Shown piece after piece: positions 49,994 through 59,335 of a DNA stretch of 64,000 nucleotides; positions within the stretch are counted from its first letter, which is position 1; the number at the start of each line of letters is the position of its first letter. Origin of the DNA: Candidatus Latescibacterota bacterium (GTDB lineage: Bacteria > Latescibacterota > UBA2968 > UBA8231); assembly GCA_963422735.1 (NCBI GenBank), contig OY730476.1, forward strand, positions 1,856,001 through 1,920,000, read 5' to 3'. The notes beneath the pieces are model-generated. The model was not told the origin of the DNA, made no database searches, and saw only the letters and a program-made list of their open reading frames with translations. The position numbers and the translations under genes are program-made.

Positions 49994-50818
49994 TTATTTC
50001 GATCGATTCTCTTCGAGCCAACCGACCGAGAAATCTACGACGTCCCGTTGTGGCATGAGCTGGCAATCTGCAAGACCAACCCGACCACGACGGACGACAT
50101 GGCCCGCGTCTGATCGCAGGAAGTCCTCGCCGATGCGATCAAAATCTGAACTATCGGTGTCAACGTCTTCAAAGGTGGTCCATCTCCGCGAATCCGACGT
50201 AGAGATCGGTGCGCCCTGTTGGATGACGCGTTTGGCGGGAAAAGTCGCCCGATACTCTGCGAGGTGCATAGATGTATTGTTTCCGTGATTCACACCGAGC
50301 AGAAGGACAAAACCGTGCAAATCGTAGATTCTCGCGAGCGGCGAATGCTCGCCGAGACCAAAGGCCAATGAATGATTATTGGCGATGCGCGATGCCTGGG
50401 GTCCAGATACACAAAACGAGACGTGCGGATGTGCGCTGCGGAGAACGCCTCTTTGCTTGCGGAACGTCTCCGCGATAATGCCCATAGCACGAGTGGGGGT
50501 AAGCCCCGGGTCGTAGGCCGGCATGTTCTCGCGGATTACCGGCCACCACGATTCGGGGACGGGCGGACTTTCCCACTTGCTCGGTTCAGTCAGGTCGGGC
50601 GAGTGGGCGGGCATCACAAGCGTTCCAGTGGGACCCAAGACTTTCTGCAGGGCGACGATGACCGCCACAGCTCCTCCGCACACCCATCCCAGCGCCCTCA
50701 AGGACGAATGCACCAACACGATCATCTCCGGTTCGACGCCAAGCGCACGGAAGTCCGCCTGTAGCGATTCGACCGTGGCGGGAACTTCTGTTTTTTGAAC
50801 GATCTTATCTTCACTCAT
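49994..50818 (-). CDS. AAC(3) / YokD family N-acetyltransferase
   Basis: VLVHSSL, GTLVMP, RSAHP..SF, LLLGV...NTSMHLAE. Confidence 0.92.
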   Translation of the reverse strand: MSEDKIVQKTEVPATVESLQADFRALGVEPEMIVLVHSSLRALGWVCGGAVAVIVALQKVLGPTGTLVMPAHSPDLTEPSKWESPPVPESWWPVIRENMPAYDPGLTPTRAMGIIAETFRKQRGVLRSAHPHVSFCVSGPQASRIANNHSLAFGLGEHSPLARIYDLHGFVLLLGVNHGNNTSMHLAEYRATFPAKRVIQQGAPISTSDSRRWTTFEDVDTDSSDFDRIGEDFLRSDAGHVVRRGRVGLADCQLMPQRDVVDFSVGWLEENRSK

Positions 50819-51009
50819 TCATTCCACGAATCGATGTAAATCCGCGCTACATCTCGGCATCAGCGGACGTAGCGGATCGGATCATTGGTGGTAATTCCCG
50901 TGCCCTGTCTAGCCTCATCTGATTGCTATTCAAATACATGAATCAAAATTCAATTGAAGTCGATGATTCCTAGTAATTGCCCATATAGGAGTACATTGGG
51001 GACACGTAG

Positions 51010-51307
51010 ATCTCCGTGGACGAGCGACGTATATCGTCGCGGATCCAGTTGACCTCCACCGGTCTGCCTTCGGCCTTTGACCTAGCAAGGATAAGCATCG
51101 GCTCCGCATAGTCAATTCCAGTGACCTCAATGTCGTGCTCCGCCAAGGGGATCGCTACCGGCCTGTCCCACAGGCCAACTCCAAGACCCTTCCGCGGGAG
51201 GCGAGCTCAGCCAGAAACCAATCTGGAAGCTCAGCATACGCGCCGTAGCATTGGTCGTATTTCGCTGGGGCCAGATAGTCTGCGTCGATTGATTCTTCTT
51301 TTTCCAT
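51010..51307 (-). pseudogene. Class I SAM-dependent methyltransferase, frameshifted and truncated
   Basis: RVLELACGTGR then in another frame VAIPLAEHDIEVTGIDYAEPML..ARSKA. Confidence 0.8.
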
Positions 51308-51427
51308 TTCAGTTATCGTTGTGCCAGTTTGCGAACCGCGAAGTGATGGCTGAAGGCCAAGGCGCATCAGCGCAGCGGAAACCAGTTGTTACGCGATGCC
51401 CATGTTATTTCGGAGGCGACTAACCAG

Positions 51428-51622
51428 TTAGATTTTCTCCAATAGCTCGCGGATCTGCCTTTCCTCGCCCGCGTGCGCTTTCATCGCCTTCCAACGAGAC
51501 ACCGAGGAGGGAGCGGCTTTGAACAGACGAGCTACTTCGTTGACGCTTCTGCCTTCATCAAGCAACTGAGCCGCCCATTGAAGACGATATTCCAGCCGAT
51601 CGGTGCTACCTTCAGGTCGCAT
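51428..51622 (-). mobile_element. Transposase N-terminal HTH remnant (IS630-like)
   Basis: MRPEGS..RLEYR...AAQLLDEGRSVNEVARLF....SSVSRW; no DDE domain. Confidence 0.6.
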
Positions 51623-51840
51623 ATAGATGAGAGAGGCGATGGTATTCTCCATGGATTCCTTCCATTGTGGGTAAAGTAGTTACGATTCTGCGGTCTTTGA
51701 ATGGTGAATTTTCGCGTTGACAAAGAGTATTGGAGGATGTTACTCTGTCGAGATGAAAATTTTTTATCTATCTATTTATATTGAGTTTATGATTTATTTA
51801 ATCGACGGCATTCAGCCGATTGTTTATATTTTATGTACGA

Positions 51841-51883
51841 CAAAAAGATGGGGACCGCTTACGTGGGCAGTCCCCATCTTTTT
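51841..51883. terminator. Bidirectional intrinsic terminator-like hairpin
   Basis: CAAAAAGATGGGGAC...GTCCCCATCTTTTTG. Confidence 0.7.
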
Positions 51884-52043
51884 GTTTTTCTACGCTTTCA
51901 GAATTGGGTGGATTGCAGGCGCGTGGAACCTGCGATCAAATTTCCCCTAGGTAATCTCTACTTCTGGGAATTGAAAAAAGGTTCGTCCGCTCCCGCGGGC
52001 CATGGTCGCTGCCAACTGCGGCGACGCGGAGGCCAGTGCGTTT

Positions 52044-52496
52044 TTACTTTTCAGCGTGTTTGAATTGCACGTAGGTCGGCTGCTGGTTGGCTACCGCCTT
52101 ATCGGAGGCTCTGTCAAAAGCATCCATGATCTGCGCGTAATCGGAACCGTATGGCAAGCTGACGACCGCTTCTTCACCCTCGTCAACTGCCGACAGGTCC
52201 TTTGCAGCACACGTCACTGTTACCGTCAGAGGTGTGTATATCCCAAAGGTAAGCGCACCTACCAACCCGTTGGCGAAGCTCTGCTGCGTCTCAACTTTAG
52301 CTACACCATTTTCGCATTCACTTTGCGCTTCGACCACTGATGGCGGTGCTAGACCATATATCCAACTATGCTTCCACATCTGCACCGTCTTAGCACCTGG
52401 AGCAAGCCCGGTTTCAATGGTCGCGTGATAACATCCGGCCAAAAGAAACAGGCCCAAAAAAGCTAGGACAAAGTTTGTCCGCTGACGCTTACTCAT
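52044..52496 (-). CDS. Bor/Iss family lipoprotein with C-terminal extension
   Basis: Lipobox LAGC; C.NGVAKVETQQSFANGLVGALTFGIYTP....VTC. Confidence 0.85.
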   Translation of the reverse strand: MSKRQRTNFVLAFLGLFLLAGCYHATIETGLAPGAKTVQMWKHSWIYGLAPPSVVEAQSECENGVAKVETQQSFANGLVGALTFGIYTPLTVTVTCAAKDLSAVDEGEEAVVSLPYGSDYAQIMDAFDRASDKAVANQQPTYVQFKHAEK

Positions 52497-52584
52497 TGCA
52501 AATCCCTCCTTGGATTATTGGAAAAATTACCAACTCCTATACTGCGAATGGGCTAATATAAAGAACGCGCCAAAGGCTACTCAA

Positions 52585-52670
52585 CTAGGGACCGGCCCCG
52601 TGTGGTCGTCCCTTATTTGGACGGGGAAAGGGGCGGGCCTTTTGCAAATGTGACGGGGGTCCTTCCCTAC
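52585..52670. repeat. GTAG-type REP-like inverted doublet
   Basis: CTAGGGACCGGCCCCGTGTGGTCGTCCC ... ACGGGGGTCCTTCCCTAC. Confidence 0.5.
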
Positions 52671-52725
52671 GTACACATAGCTTACGTTTTTGCCGCCATA
52701 ATCTCAGCCGCCTCTATTTGATCCA

Positions 52726-53646
52726 CTAAAGCGACCGAGCGGACCACGTCGCGGATGTCGGTGATCGGCTGCCGTTTTCAACCACGCAATCGACGAAGTG
52801 CTCGTGCATGGACAGCAGACCCTCGTAGCGGGGCACGTCGTCTTTGGGTACGCCGTCGATTTCCCAGCCGCCAAGGGTGCGAACTCGATTGTCCTCGTGG
52901 ATTTCGATTTCACCGGGAATTTTCATGTAGCAGCCAATGCCCACGCCGTGCAATTCCGAGTGCAGCACCCGCCCGCCGGAGGCGCGATTGCCGAGCATCA
53001 CGCCGGTTGCGCGGTTGTCGAAGCGCATCAGCGCGGTGTAGTGGTCGAAGCCCGCGCCGCCGAACTTGTCTTGGTAGGCAGTAACTTCCACCGGCTCGCC
53101 GCCGGCCATATAGCGCAGAAGATCGACGATGTGGATCAGGTCGTTCCACAGGGTGGTGGTGAATTCGTCGGCGCGCTGCGGGAGCTGTTTGTTGAAGGTT
53201 GTCGTTGCCAGCGACACCAGGCCTTTAGCCGCGACTAGGCGCATGGCTTCGCAAGTTACGGCACTGTAGCGGCGTTGGAGGCCGACCATCACCCAGACGC
53301 CGCGTTGTTCGGCGGCCTCTAAAATCGCCCGGGTTTCGTCGCTGTTGGCTCCGGGCGGCTTTTCGATAAACAGGTGCTTGCCAGCAGCGATGCAGTCGAG
53401 GGCCGGCTGCAGGAGCCATTTCTCGTTCATCACGCAATAGACGATGTCCGGGTCGATCTCGTCGAGCATAATGCGATGATCGCGGTACGCGTACTCGAAG
53501 CCGTAGCGCTTGACCACCTGCCCCAGCCGCTTATCGTCCAATTCGCAAACCGCGGCCATCTGCACCCGGTCAGAGAGGCGATGGACCGTTGGATAGTGAG
53601 CGCTCTGGCCGCGGCCCCCCGCGCCGATGAATCCCGCTTTAAGCAT
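52726..53646 (-). CDS. Gfo/Idh/MocA oxidoreductase (probable small frameshift in the last ~15 codons)
   Basis: GFIGAGG, GKHLFIEKP, GLQRRY, IHIVDLLR; family-like tail QPITDIRDVVRS lies in another frame. Confidence 0.85.
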   Translation of the reverse strand: MLKAGFIGAGGRGQSAHYPTVHRLSDRVQMAAVCELDDKRLGQVVKRYGFEYAYRDHRIMLDEIDPDIVYCVMNEKWLLQPALDCIAAGKHLFIEKPPGANSDETRAILEAAEQRGVWVMVGLQRRYSAVTCEAMRLVAAKGLVSLATTTFNKQLPQRADEFTTTLWNDLIHIVDLLRYMAGGEPVEVTAYQDKFGGAGFDHYTALMRFDNRATGVMLGNRASGGRVLHSELHGVGIGCYMKIPGEIEIHEDNRVRTLGGWEIDGVPKDDVPRYEGLLSMHEHFVDCVVENGSRSPTSATWSARSL

Positions 53647-54478
53647 GATCTTCCCCTTTCTGGCACAAAGCCGTAAAAAAGCGCACATCAATGCGCGCCA
53701 AGTCGATGACGGTTTCTACCGGCTCGCCGCTGTACTCGCTGTGGAAGCTGACCGGGCCGACAAAATTTAGCCGCTTCAAGGCCGCGATCACGGCCGGCCA
53801 ATCGACCAAGCCCTGCCCCATGCGCACGACGCTGGTGGCAGGTGCGCCCTGCTGGGTGATGCTCAAAGGCCGCTGGTGGGCCAGATCCTTAAAAGCAACC
53901 AGACACAAGTGCGAGCGCACGATGTCGAGGGCCATGGCGATCGGCTCGCCGCACAGCGCCAAGTGCCCAGGGTCGGCGAAGACGCCCACGTATTGCGGAT
54001 CGCAGTCGCCGACGATGTTCATAGCGGCGCAGGCATTGAGGCCCATGGACGCGCCCGAATGATTGTGAATGGCGGTTTTGACGCCGTATTTTTCCGACAG
54101 CACTTGAAACCCCTGCACAAAGCCGCGCACCTCGTCTAAATGCGTCCAGTAGGATACGTCCGGCTGCCAGTGCCAGTAGCCGAGCTTGACGTGGGCCACG
54201 CCAGCCTCGCCCAAGGCCGCGTAATACCTTTCCGCGTAGTCGATGTCCGGGCGGTTGAAGTCGCCTGGGGCCGTGACCAAGGGGATGCAGAGACCGGCGT
54301 CGGCAAAGCGGCGCGCGGCCTCCGGCAGGGCCGTGGCCACATTGGCGGGGTTGACCGGATAGCCGTCGCGCACGCATAGGTCGGCCCCCTGCACGCCGAT
54401 GGACTGCAAGGCGTCGATGAGTTGCGGGATATTGAGGCCCTCTAAGTGCTTGGTAAATGCGATATACGTCAGCTCCAC
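53639..54478 (-). CDS. Sugar phosphate isomerase/epimerase (xylose-isomerase-like TIM barrel)
   Basis: GADLCVR, IHNHSG, ADPGH, VAFKD, GQGLVDW, SFHSEY. Confidence 0.85.
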   Translation of the reverse strand: MELTYIAFTKHLEGLNIPQLIDALQSIGVQGADLCVRDGYPVNPANVATALPEAARRFADAGLCIPLVTAPGDFNRPDIDYAERYYAALGEAGVAHVKLGYWHWQPDVSYWTHLDEVRGFVQGFQVLSEKYGVKTAIHNHSGASMGLNACAAMNIVGDCDPQYVGVFADPGHLALCGEPIAMALDIVRSHLCLVAFKDLAHQRPLSITQQGAPATSVVRMGQGLVDWPAVIAALKRLNFVGPVSFHSEYSGEPVETVIDLARIDVRFFTALCQKGEDHA

Positions 54479-54571
54479 TATGCGCGCTCCTTTCTCTCTG
54501 TTTGACAATGTGGAGTAAGGGTATCAAAATATCGGCTACGTGCCAACGAATTAAACGGAGCAAGTCCAGTT

Positions 54572-55501
54572 ATGGAAGCAATCAAAATGGAACCCAGCCC
54601 GGCGATTGAGGTCCCCAAACCGATCACCCCTGCCCAAGTGCAGTCCTTTATCGACGACGGCTATCTCGTCGTGTCGGGCCTGATGGAAGAAGCCGAACTC
54701 GCCGAACTCAAACGCGACCTCTTAGACGTAGCACGCGGTCGCTACGAGTGCGATAACATCGAGCCGGTCGATCCCGCCCTCAGCGATCAAGCAGTGCTGG
54801 AAAGCATCCTCTGCATCCACCAGCCTCACTACGTCAGTCCAGTCATCGAAAAGTACGTCCGCCACCCCAAAATCTGCGGCATCCTGAGCCAGATCACGGC
54901 CGCGCACTTGCCCTTTTGGGACGGCAGCGTCAAGTGCATGCAGTCCATGTACTTCGTCAAGCCGCCCAACTTTCAAGGACAGGCTTGGCACCAAGACGAG
55001 ATATACATCCCCACGCGGGATCGCTCGCTGATCGGCGCGTGGATCGCCGTGGATGACGCCACCGTAGAAAACGGCTGCTTGTACGTCATTCCGGGGTCGC
55101 ACCGCCCCGGGTACCTCTACCCGCAGCGGCCCCACGAAAACCCGGATGAGTTCGACTTCGCGCCGGAGAGCTACGGCTTTGACGAGAGAGTCGATATCCC
55201 GGTTGAAGTGCAAGCCGGTGCCCTCGTGTTTTTCAACGGCTATCTCCTCCACCGCTCGTACAAAAACCGAGGCACCACGTACCGCCGCGTCTTGGTCAAC
55301 CACTACTGCAATGCTTGGAGCCTGTTGCCTTGGAGCATTGAAGAGGGCGAGTCGCCCGCCCGCGCCGACCGGCGCAACATCGTTCCCGTGGCCGGCATCG
55401 ACCCCTACGCCTGGAAGGGCTATCAAACGCCGGCCAAAGCCGTGGGGCTGCGGCACTGCAAGGCCATCGATGAGGTCCGCGCTGCCCGCGACAAGCCCTA
55501 A
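54572..55501 (+). CDS. PhyH family dioxygenase
   Basis: FIDDGYLVV, QAWHQDE, WIAVDDATVENGCL..IPGSH, LLHRS. Confidence 0.92.
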   Translation: MEAIKMEPSPAIEVPKPITPAQVQSFIDDGYLVVSGLMEEAELAELKRDLLDVARGRYECDNIEPVDPALSDQAVLESILCIHQPHYVSPVIEKYVRHPKICGILSQITAAHLPFWDGSVKCMQSMYFVKPPNFQGQAWHQDEIYIPTRDRSLIGAWIAVDDATVENGCLYVIPGSHRPGYLYPQRPHENPDEFDFAPESYGFDERVDIPVEVQAGALVFFNGYLLHRSYKNRGTTYRRVLVNHYCNAWSLLPWSIEEGESPARADRRNIVPVAGIDPYAWKGYQTPAKAVGLRHCKAIDEVRAARDKP

Positions 55502-55504
55502 CCG

Positions 55505-56050
55505 TTGACCGCAGCGACACACAGCCCCAGCCACCGAGCGGCCCTAGCGCGCGGGCTGACCCTCCGCTCCCTCGGCCTCGGTCTGCTGCTGGCCTTTGGG
55601 GGTCGGCGCGGCGGTTTCTTTCCTCGGCCTTTACGTACAAGGCTCGAATTCCGGGGCGTACTTCACCAGCCAAATTGCCCATCTCCTCCTCTTCCTGCTC
55701 ATTCTAGTCGCCAACGCCGGCCTCGGCTCCATCCGCCGGTCTTGGGTCCTCCAGCGGGGCGAGCTGGTCGTCATTTTTATTATGACCAGCTTGGCCAACT
55801 CGGTCCTTGGGCTGATCAGCTACTGGGTTCCGCTGGTGTCGAGTCCGTTTTACTACGCCAGCCCTGAGAACACCTGCCCCATATCCCCACCTGGCTGGTG
55901 CCCCAATTCGCGCTTTCTTTGAGGGCAACGAAAGCGCAATCCCCTATCAGGTGTGGCTTACGCCGCTGTTGAGTTGGTTGCCGCTGGTCGTCGCGCTGCA
56001 CACAGCCACCTTGTGCCTGATGGTCGTCCTCGTGTTGGGCGGGCTGTGGG
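55505..56050 (+). pseudogene. Fragmented membrane protein (DUF6785-like N-terminus)
   Basis: GLTLRSLGLGLLL / ...LQRGELVVIFIM...PFYYASPEN / PYQVWLTPLLSW in shifting frames, truncated. Confidence 0.55.
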
Positions 56051-56144
56051 TCGGGCGATGCAGCTAAGCGAGGTGGAAAGCGGGGCCGTCTATGAGTACC
56101 AAGCAGAAATCGATGCGGCGCTGGACATCGGCTAACAGGAGGCC

Positions 56145-56430
56145 AGCATAAAAAAACTCACCGACAAGGTCGCGCTAGTGATGGGTGCCGGCCGCGGCCT
56201 AGGGCGGTCGTACGCATTGCGCTTGGCAAAGCTCGGGGCCGATTTAGATTCGGCCAAGCAATAGGGCGAAAAACTGAGCGCGGACACCGTAGTTGAAGAA
56301 ATCCGCTCCCTCGGCATAGAGGCCGATGTGTCGCAAAAGGCCGCCGCCAAAGTCGTCAACCGCATCTTGAGCGAATGGGGCCGCCTCGACATTCTGGTCA
56401 GCAACGCCGGCGGCGGCTTGCGTCCACCGG
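56145..56430 (+). pseudogene. SDR N-terminal remnant
   Basis: LTDKVALVMGAGRGLGRSYALRLAKLGAD...*...GRLDILVSNAGG; internal TAG, no ATG after the GGAGG. Confidence 0.75.
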
Positions 56431-56461
56431 GCCAACCCTCGGAAGAAGAGTACTTCCGCTT

Positions 56462-56617
56462 ATCAAGGCAGAAAAGGCAGCGAAAATCTGGCTACACCCT
56501 GTGTCTGTCGAGTACAATCGTGGATACCACCGAGCCGAATTGAACCGAATTTTAAGACGGACCCACAAAAATATAGAACGATTAGAGGAGGCTTGGAATG
56601 CTTATTTCTCCCGATAA
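56462..56617 (+). pseudogene. DUF4160 C-terminal remnant
   Basis: AKIWLHPVSV..NRGY...ELNRI...LEEAWNAYF; overlaps a DUF2442 gene. Confidence 0.7.
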
Positions 56618-56858
56618 AAAGACCGTCACCGCAACAAGTGTCCGTTTTGACCATAACTTTCTATATGTCGCCTTAAGCGATGGGCGCGAAATCAGTCTCC
56701 TGTTAGACACCGTTTATTGGTTGGATTGGTTGCGCCGGGCAACCGACGAACAACGGGCCAACTGGTCCATAGAACCGGGCGGTTTTGCCACTTATTGGCA
56801 AGAATTGGACGACGGCATTGAACTTTGCCATCTATTGAGCCTCGAAGCCCTTTCCTGA
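56598..56858 (+). CDS. DUF2442 family protein
   Basis: LYVALSDGREISL....WL..AT.EQR.NW.I..GG...YW.ELDDGI. Confidence 0.8.
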   Translation: MLISPDKKTVTATSVRFDHNFLYVALSDGREISLLLDTVYWLDWLRRATDEQRANWSIEPGGFATYWQELDDGIELCHLLSLEALS

Positions 56859-57003
56859 AATCGGCGTCCACTGTATCCCCATTCTCGCAAGAAGGTATCG
56901 CGCCGCGGGCCCGCTACCCCTAGACGCCCTATCGCTCTCGCAGACCGTTCCTTCCCTCCTTCGCGTTTTCCAAGCGGCCGGGCCGGAGCTATTCCCGCTC
57001 GGT

Positions 57004-58158
57004 CTAAAGGCGTTCCTTAACCTCGTCAAAGAACGTCTTAAAGGCGCCTGTAGTGGCGTGCTCCCAACGGTCGAAGGTCGCCTGCAGTGCTTCTAACCAA
57101 CGCTCTTGTGGCAGGCTTTGCACCCTTAGGCAGACGTAACAGGCGTCGGTCAACGCCAAGCCGCGCCGTCCCTCCACGAGGGCTTGCTCCATGCGCTCAA
57201 CCCATGGAGCCATCGCGGGCAAGGCTTCGACGCACTTTGCCTTGTGAATGACAAAGTTTGCCAAGTGGTTGACCAAGCTCCGGCTAAAATCGTGCTGCTT
57301 TGCTGTGCCGGATACATCGCCAAGGTCCAGCTCTCCCCTGCGATACAAGTCCAACAACTGCTGGGTGAGCGTGCGTTGCTTCGCAGCAACGGTTGATTGC
57401 CGCACCCTGCACAAGCCGCTGGTGAGAGCCGACATCTCGTGGCAGCAATTGAGCCAGCGCGTACCTTTGGCAACTACGCGGCGCATGGACGCGCCCGGGC
57501 CGACGGCCGTGCCCATAGCCTTGCCGCTGGCGGCGCAGGCCGCACCCACCCTGCTGAAGGCCGCCTGTACGCGGTCGTGGTCTATGTGCGGGACGCCATC
57601 GCGCTCGACTCCGTAGCTATGCGCCAAGTCGCTCGGCCCCACGAAGAGCAGGTCGAGTCCTTCGACCGCGGCAATCGCTTCCACGTCCTCCACGCCCTCG
57701 GCGTCTTCGATCATCGCGCCGAGCAGGGTCTCGGCATCGGCCCTTTCCATGTACTCGGCGGGGTCCAGCGTACCGTAGTCCGAATCCCGGCCACAGCCCA
57801 TGCCGCGCAAACCCAGCGGCCGGAACTTGGCCATCCGCACGAAGGCCCGCGCCTCGTCCGCGCTCTTGCAATGGGGCCAAACCAATCCCCCGGCCCCTAA
57901 CTCCAGCGGCTTGATCACTTGGTTGTACGGCCCCTTAGGGATGCGGACCACCGAATCAACCCCCATAGCCCGCGCCGCCAAAATCAGATGCGAAAGCGCA
58001 TTCAGCTCGAGATGGGAATGCTCCATGTCGATCCAGACGCAGCCAAAGCCCGCTTGGGCCGCGAGTTCGACTACGACCGGGTCGAAGATCCGATTGATTT
58101 CGACTATCTCCACGGTCTCCCCCCCGAGCAGGGCGGCCTTGGTCTGGTTGGTTTTCAC
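57004..58158 (-). CDS. HpcH/HpaI aldolase with ~125 aa unrelated C-terminal extension
   Basis: WIDMEH, FRPLGLRG, MIED, LFVGPSDL. Confidence 0.85.
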   Translation of the reverse strand: MKTNQTKAALLGGETVEIVEINRIFDPVVVELAAQAGFGCVWIDMEHSHLELNALSHLILAARAMGVDSVVRIPKGPYNQVIKPLELGAGGLVWPHCKSADEARAFVRMAKFRPLGLRGMGCGRDSDYGTLDPAEYMERADAETLLGAMIEDAEGVEDVEAIAAVEGLDLLFVGPSDLAHSYGVERDGVPHIDHDRVQAAFSRVGAACAASGKAMGTAVGPGASMRRVVAKGTRWLNCCHEMSALTSGLCRVRQSTVAAKQRTLTQQLLDLYRRGELDLGDVSGTAKQHDFSRSLVNHLANFVIHKAKCVEALPAMAPWVERMEQALVEGRRGLALTDACYVCLRVQSLPQERWLEALQATFDRWEHATTGAFKTFFDEVKERL

Positions 58159-58167
58159 GATGCCTCC

Positions 58168-58494
58168 TCAAATTGTGGCAACACGTCGCGGCCAAACCAC
58201 TCGATGGTTTGCCGGGTCGCCTCCGGTGGGATGCCCAGCGCTCCGGCACCAATAGGGCAATTGCGCTTGGATTTCAGTGAGCCAAGCACCATCGCGCACC
58301 AAATCGCGCACCGTCGGCAAGCCGGCCTGCGCCGCCAACGCCCCGTCGTACGTGGCCGCGATTTGCGCCTCAGTCAGCGTCGGCATCCGGCCTAAGGAGG
58401 CCAGACCAAATCCCAGCCTCGCGCCTCGCCTGCTCTTGGGTATTCCCAAGTCGTCCGTGGCGACGTGACCACCGTAAAAGTAGTCAAATTTCAC
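58168..58494 (-). CDS. Hypothetical protein, possibly a deletion remnant
   Basis: GAGGGG RBS and GTG start; no complete domain recognised. Confidence 0.35.
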   Translation of the reverse strand: MKFDYFYGGHVATDDLGIPKSRRGARLGFGLASLGRMPTLTEAQIAATYDGALAAQAGLPTVRDLVRDGAWLTEIQAQLPYWCRSAGHPTGGDPANHRVVWPRRVATI

Positions 58495-58590
58495 TGATAC
58501 CCCTCTCTTTTACCTACTCGCTTTCGCAGCGCGGTTTTTCTATATTCGCCCACCTGTCAACGCCCATTATAAAACCACAGGAGACCTGTT

Positions 58591-59322
58591 ATGACAGCAA
58601 GTGGACCCGTTCCCACCGCCCGCGCCCAAGGCCGCGGCCCAACCATCTGGCTGGCCGGCTCGCCCGACGAGCTAAAGGAGTGGATGCCCCTCGGGATCAC
58701 CGGAATCGTCACCAACACGGTGGTACTCAACCAGTATGCCAAGCAGTACGGCGCGGTCATTAGCCTGATAGAGCAATATCTCGCGCTCACGGACAAACCC
58801 ATCGTCGTGGAAATCGACGGCCATTGCGTCGAAGAGCTCCTCGAGGTCGGGCAGGTTTTCACCAACTTGTCGGAGCAGATCATCCTCAAGATCCCCTGCA
58901 ACGTCAACGGACTCAAGGCATTTAGTATCCTCAAGGACCAAGGCGTCGAGACCTTCTGCACCACGGTGTTCTCGCTGACGCAAGCCGCGGCCGTCGCCCA
59001 AGCTGGAGTTGACCACATCCTGCCGTTTTGCGAGCCGGTCAAGGAAGTGGGTGGCGACCCGACTAAGCTGATCCGCGAGTGCGCGCAGATGTTCAGCGGC
59101 TGGGGCCAGCGCCCTTTCATTATGGCCGCCCTCATCCGCTCGGTAGAGACCGCTCACGCGGCCTTCTGCGATGGGGCCGACGAACTGGTCACCATGTGGA
59201 CGGTGTACCGCGACATGATGGACCACCCGCTGACCGCACAGTGGAACAAGACCTTCATGGACGAGTGGATCGATATGTACCAGAGCGGATTGTTGGCGGG
59301 AGTGCCGGTCCGCTCCCATTGA
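58591..59322 (+). CDS. Transaldolase / fructose-6-phosphate aldolase family protein
   Basis: ITGIVTN, ILKIP (Schiff-base Lys), TTVFSLTQA, HPLT. Confidence 0.85.
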   Translation: MTASGPVPTARAQGRGPTIWLAGSPDELKEWMPLGITGIVTNTVVLNQYAKQYGAVISLIEQYLALTDKPIVVEIDGHCVEELLEVGQVFTNLSEQIILKIPCNVNGLKAFSILKDQGVETFCTTVFSLTQAAAVAQAGVDHILPFCEPVKEVGGDPTKLIRECAQMFSGWGQRPFIMAALIRSVETAHAAFCDGADELVTMWTVYRDMMDHPLTAQWNKTFMDEWIDMYQSGLLAGVPVRSH

Positions 59323-59335
59323 CCGCGACGCGCCC

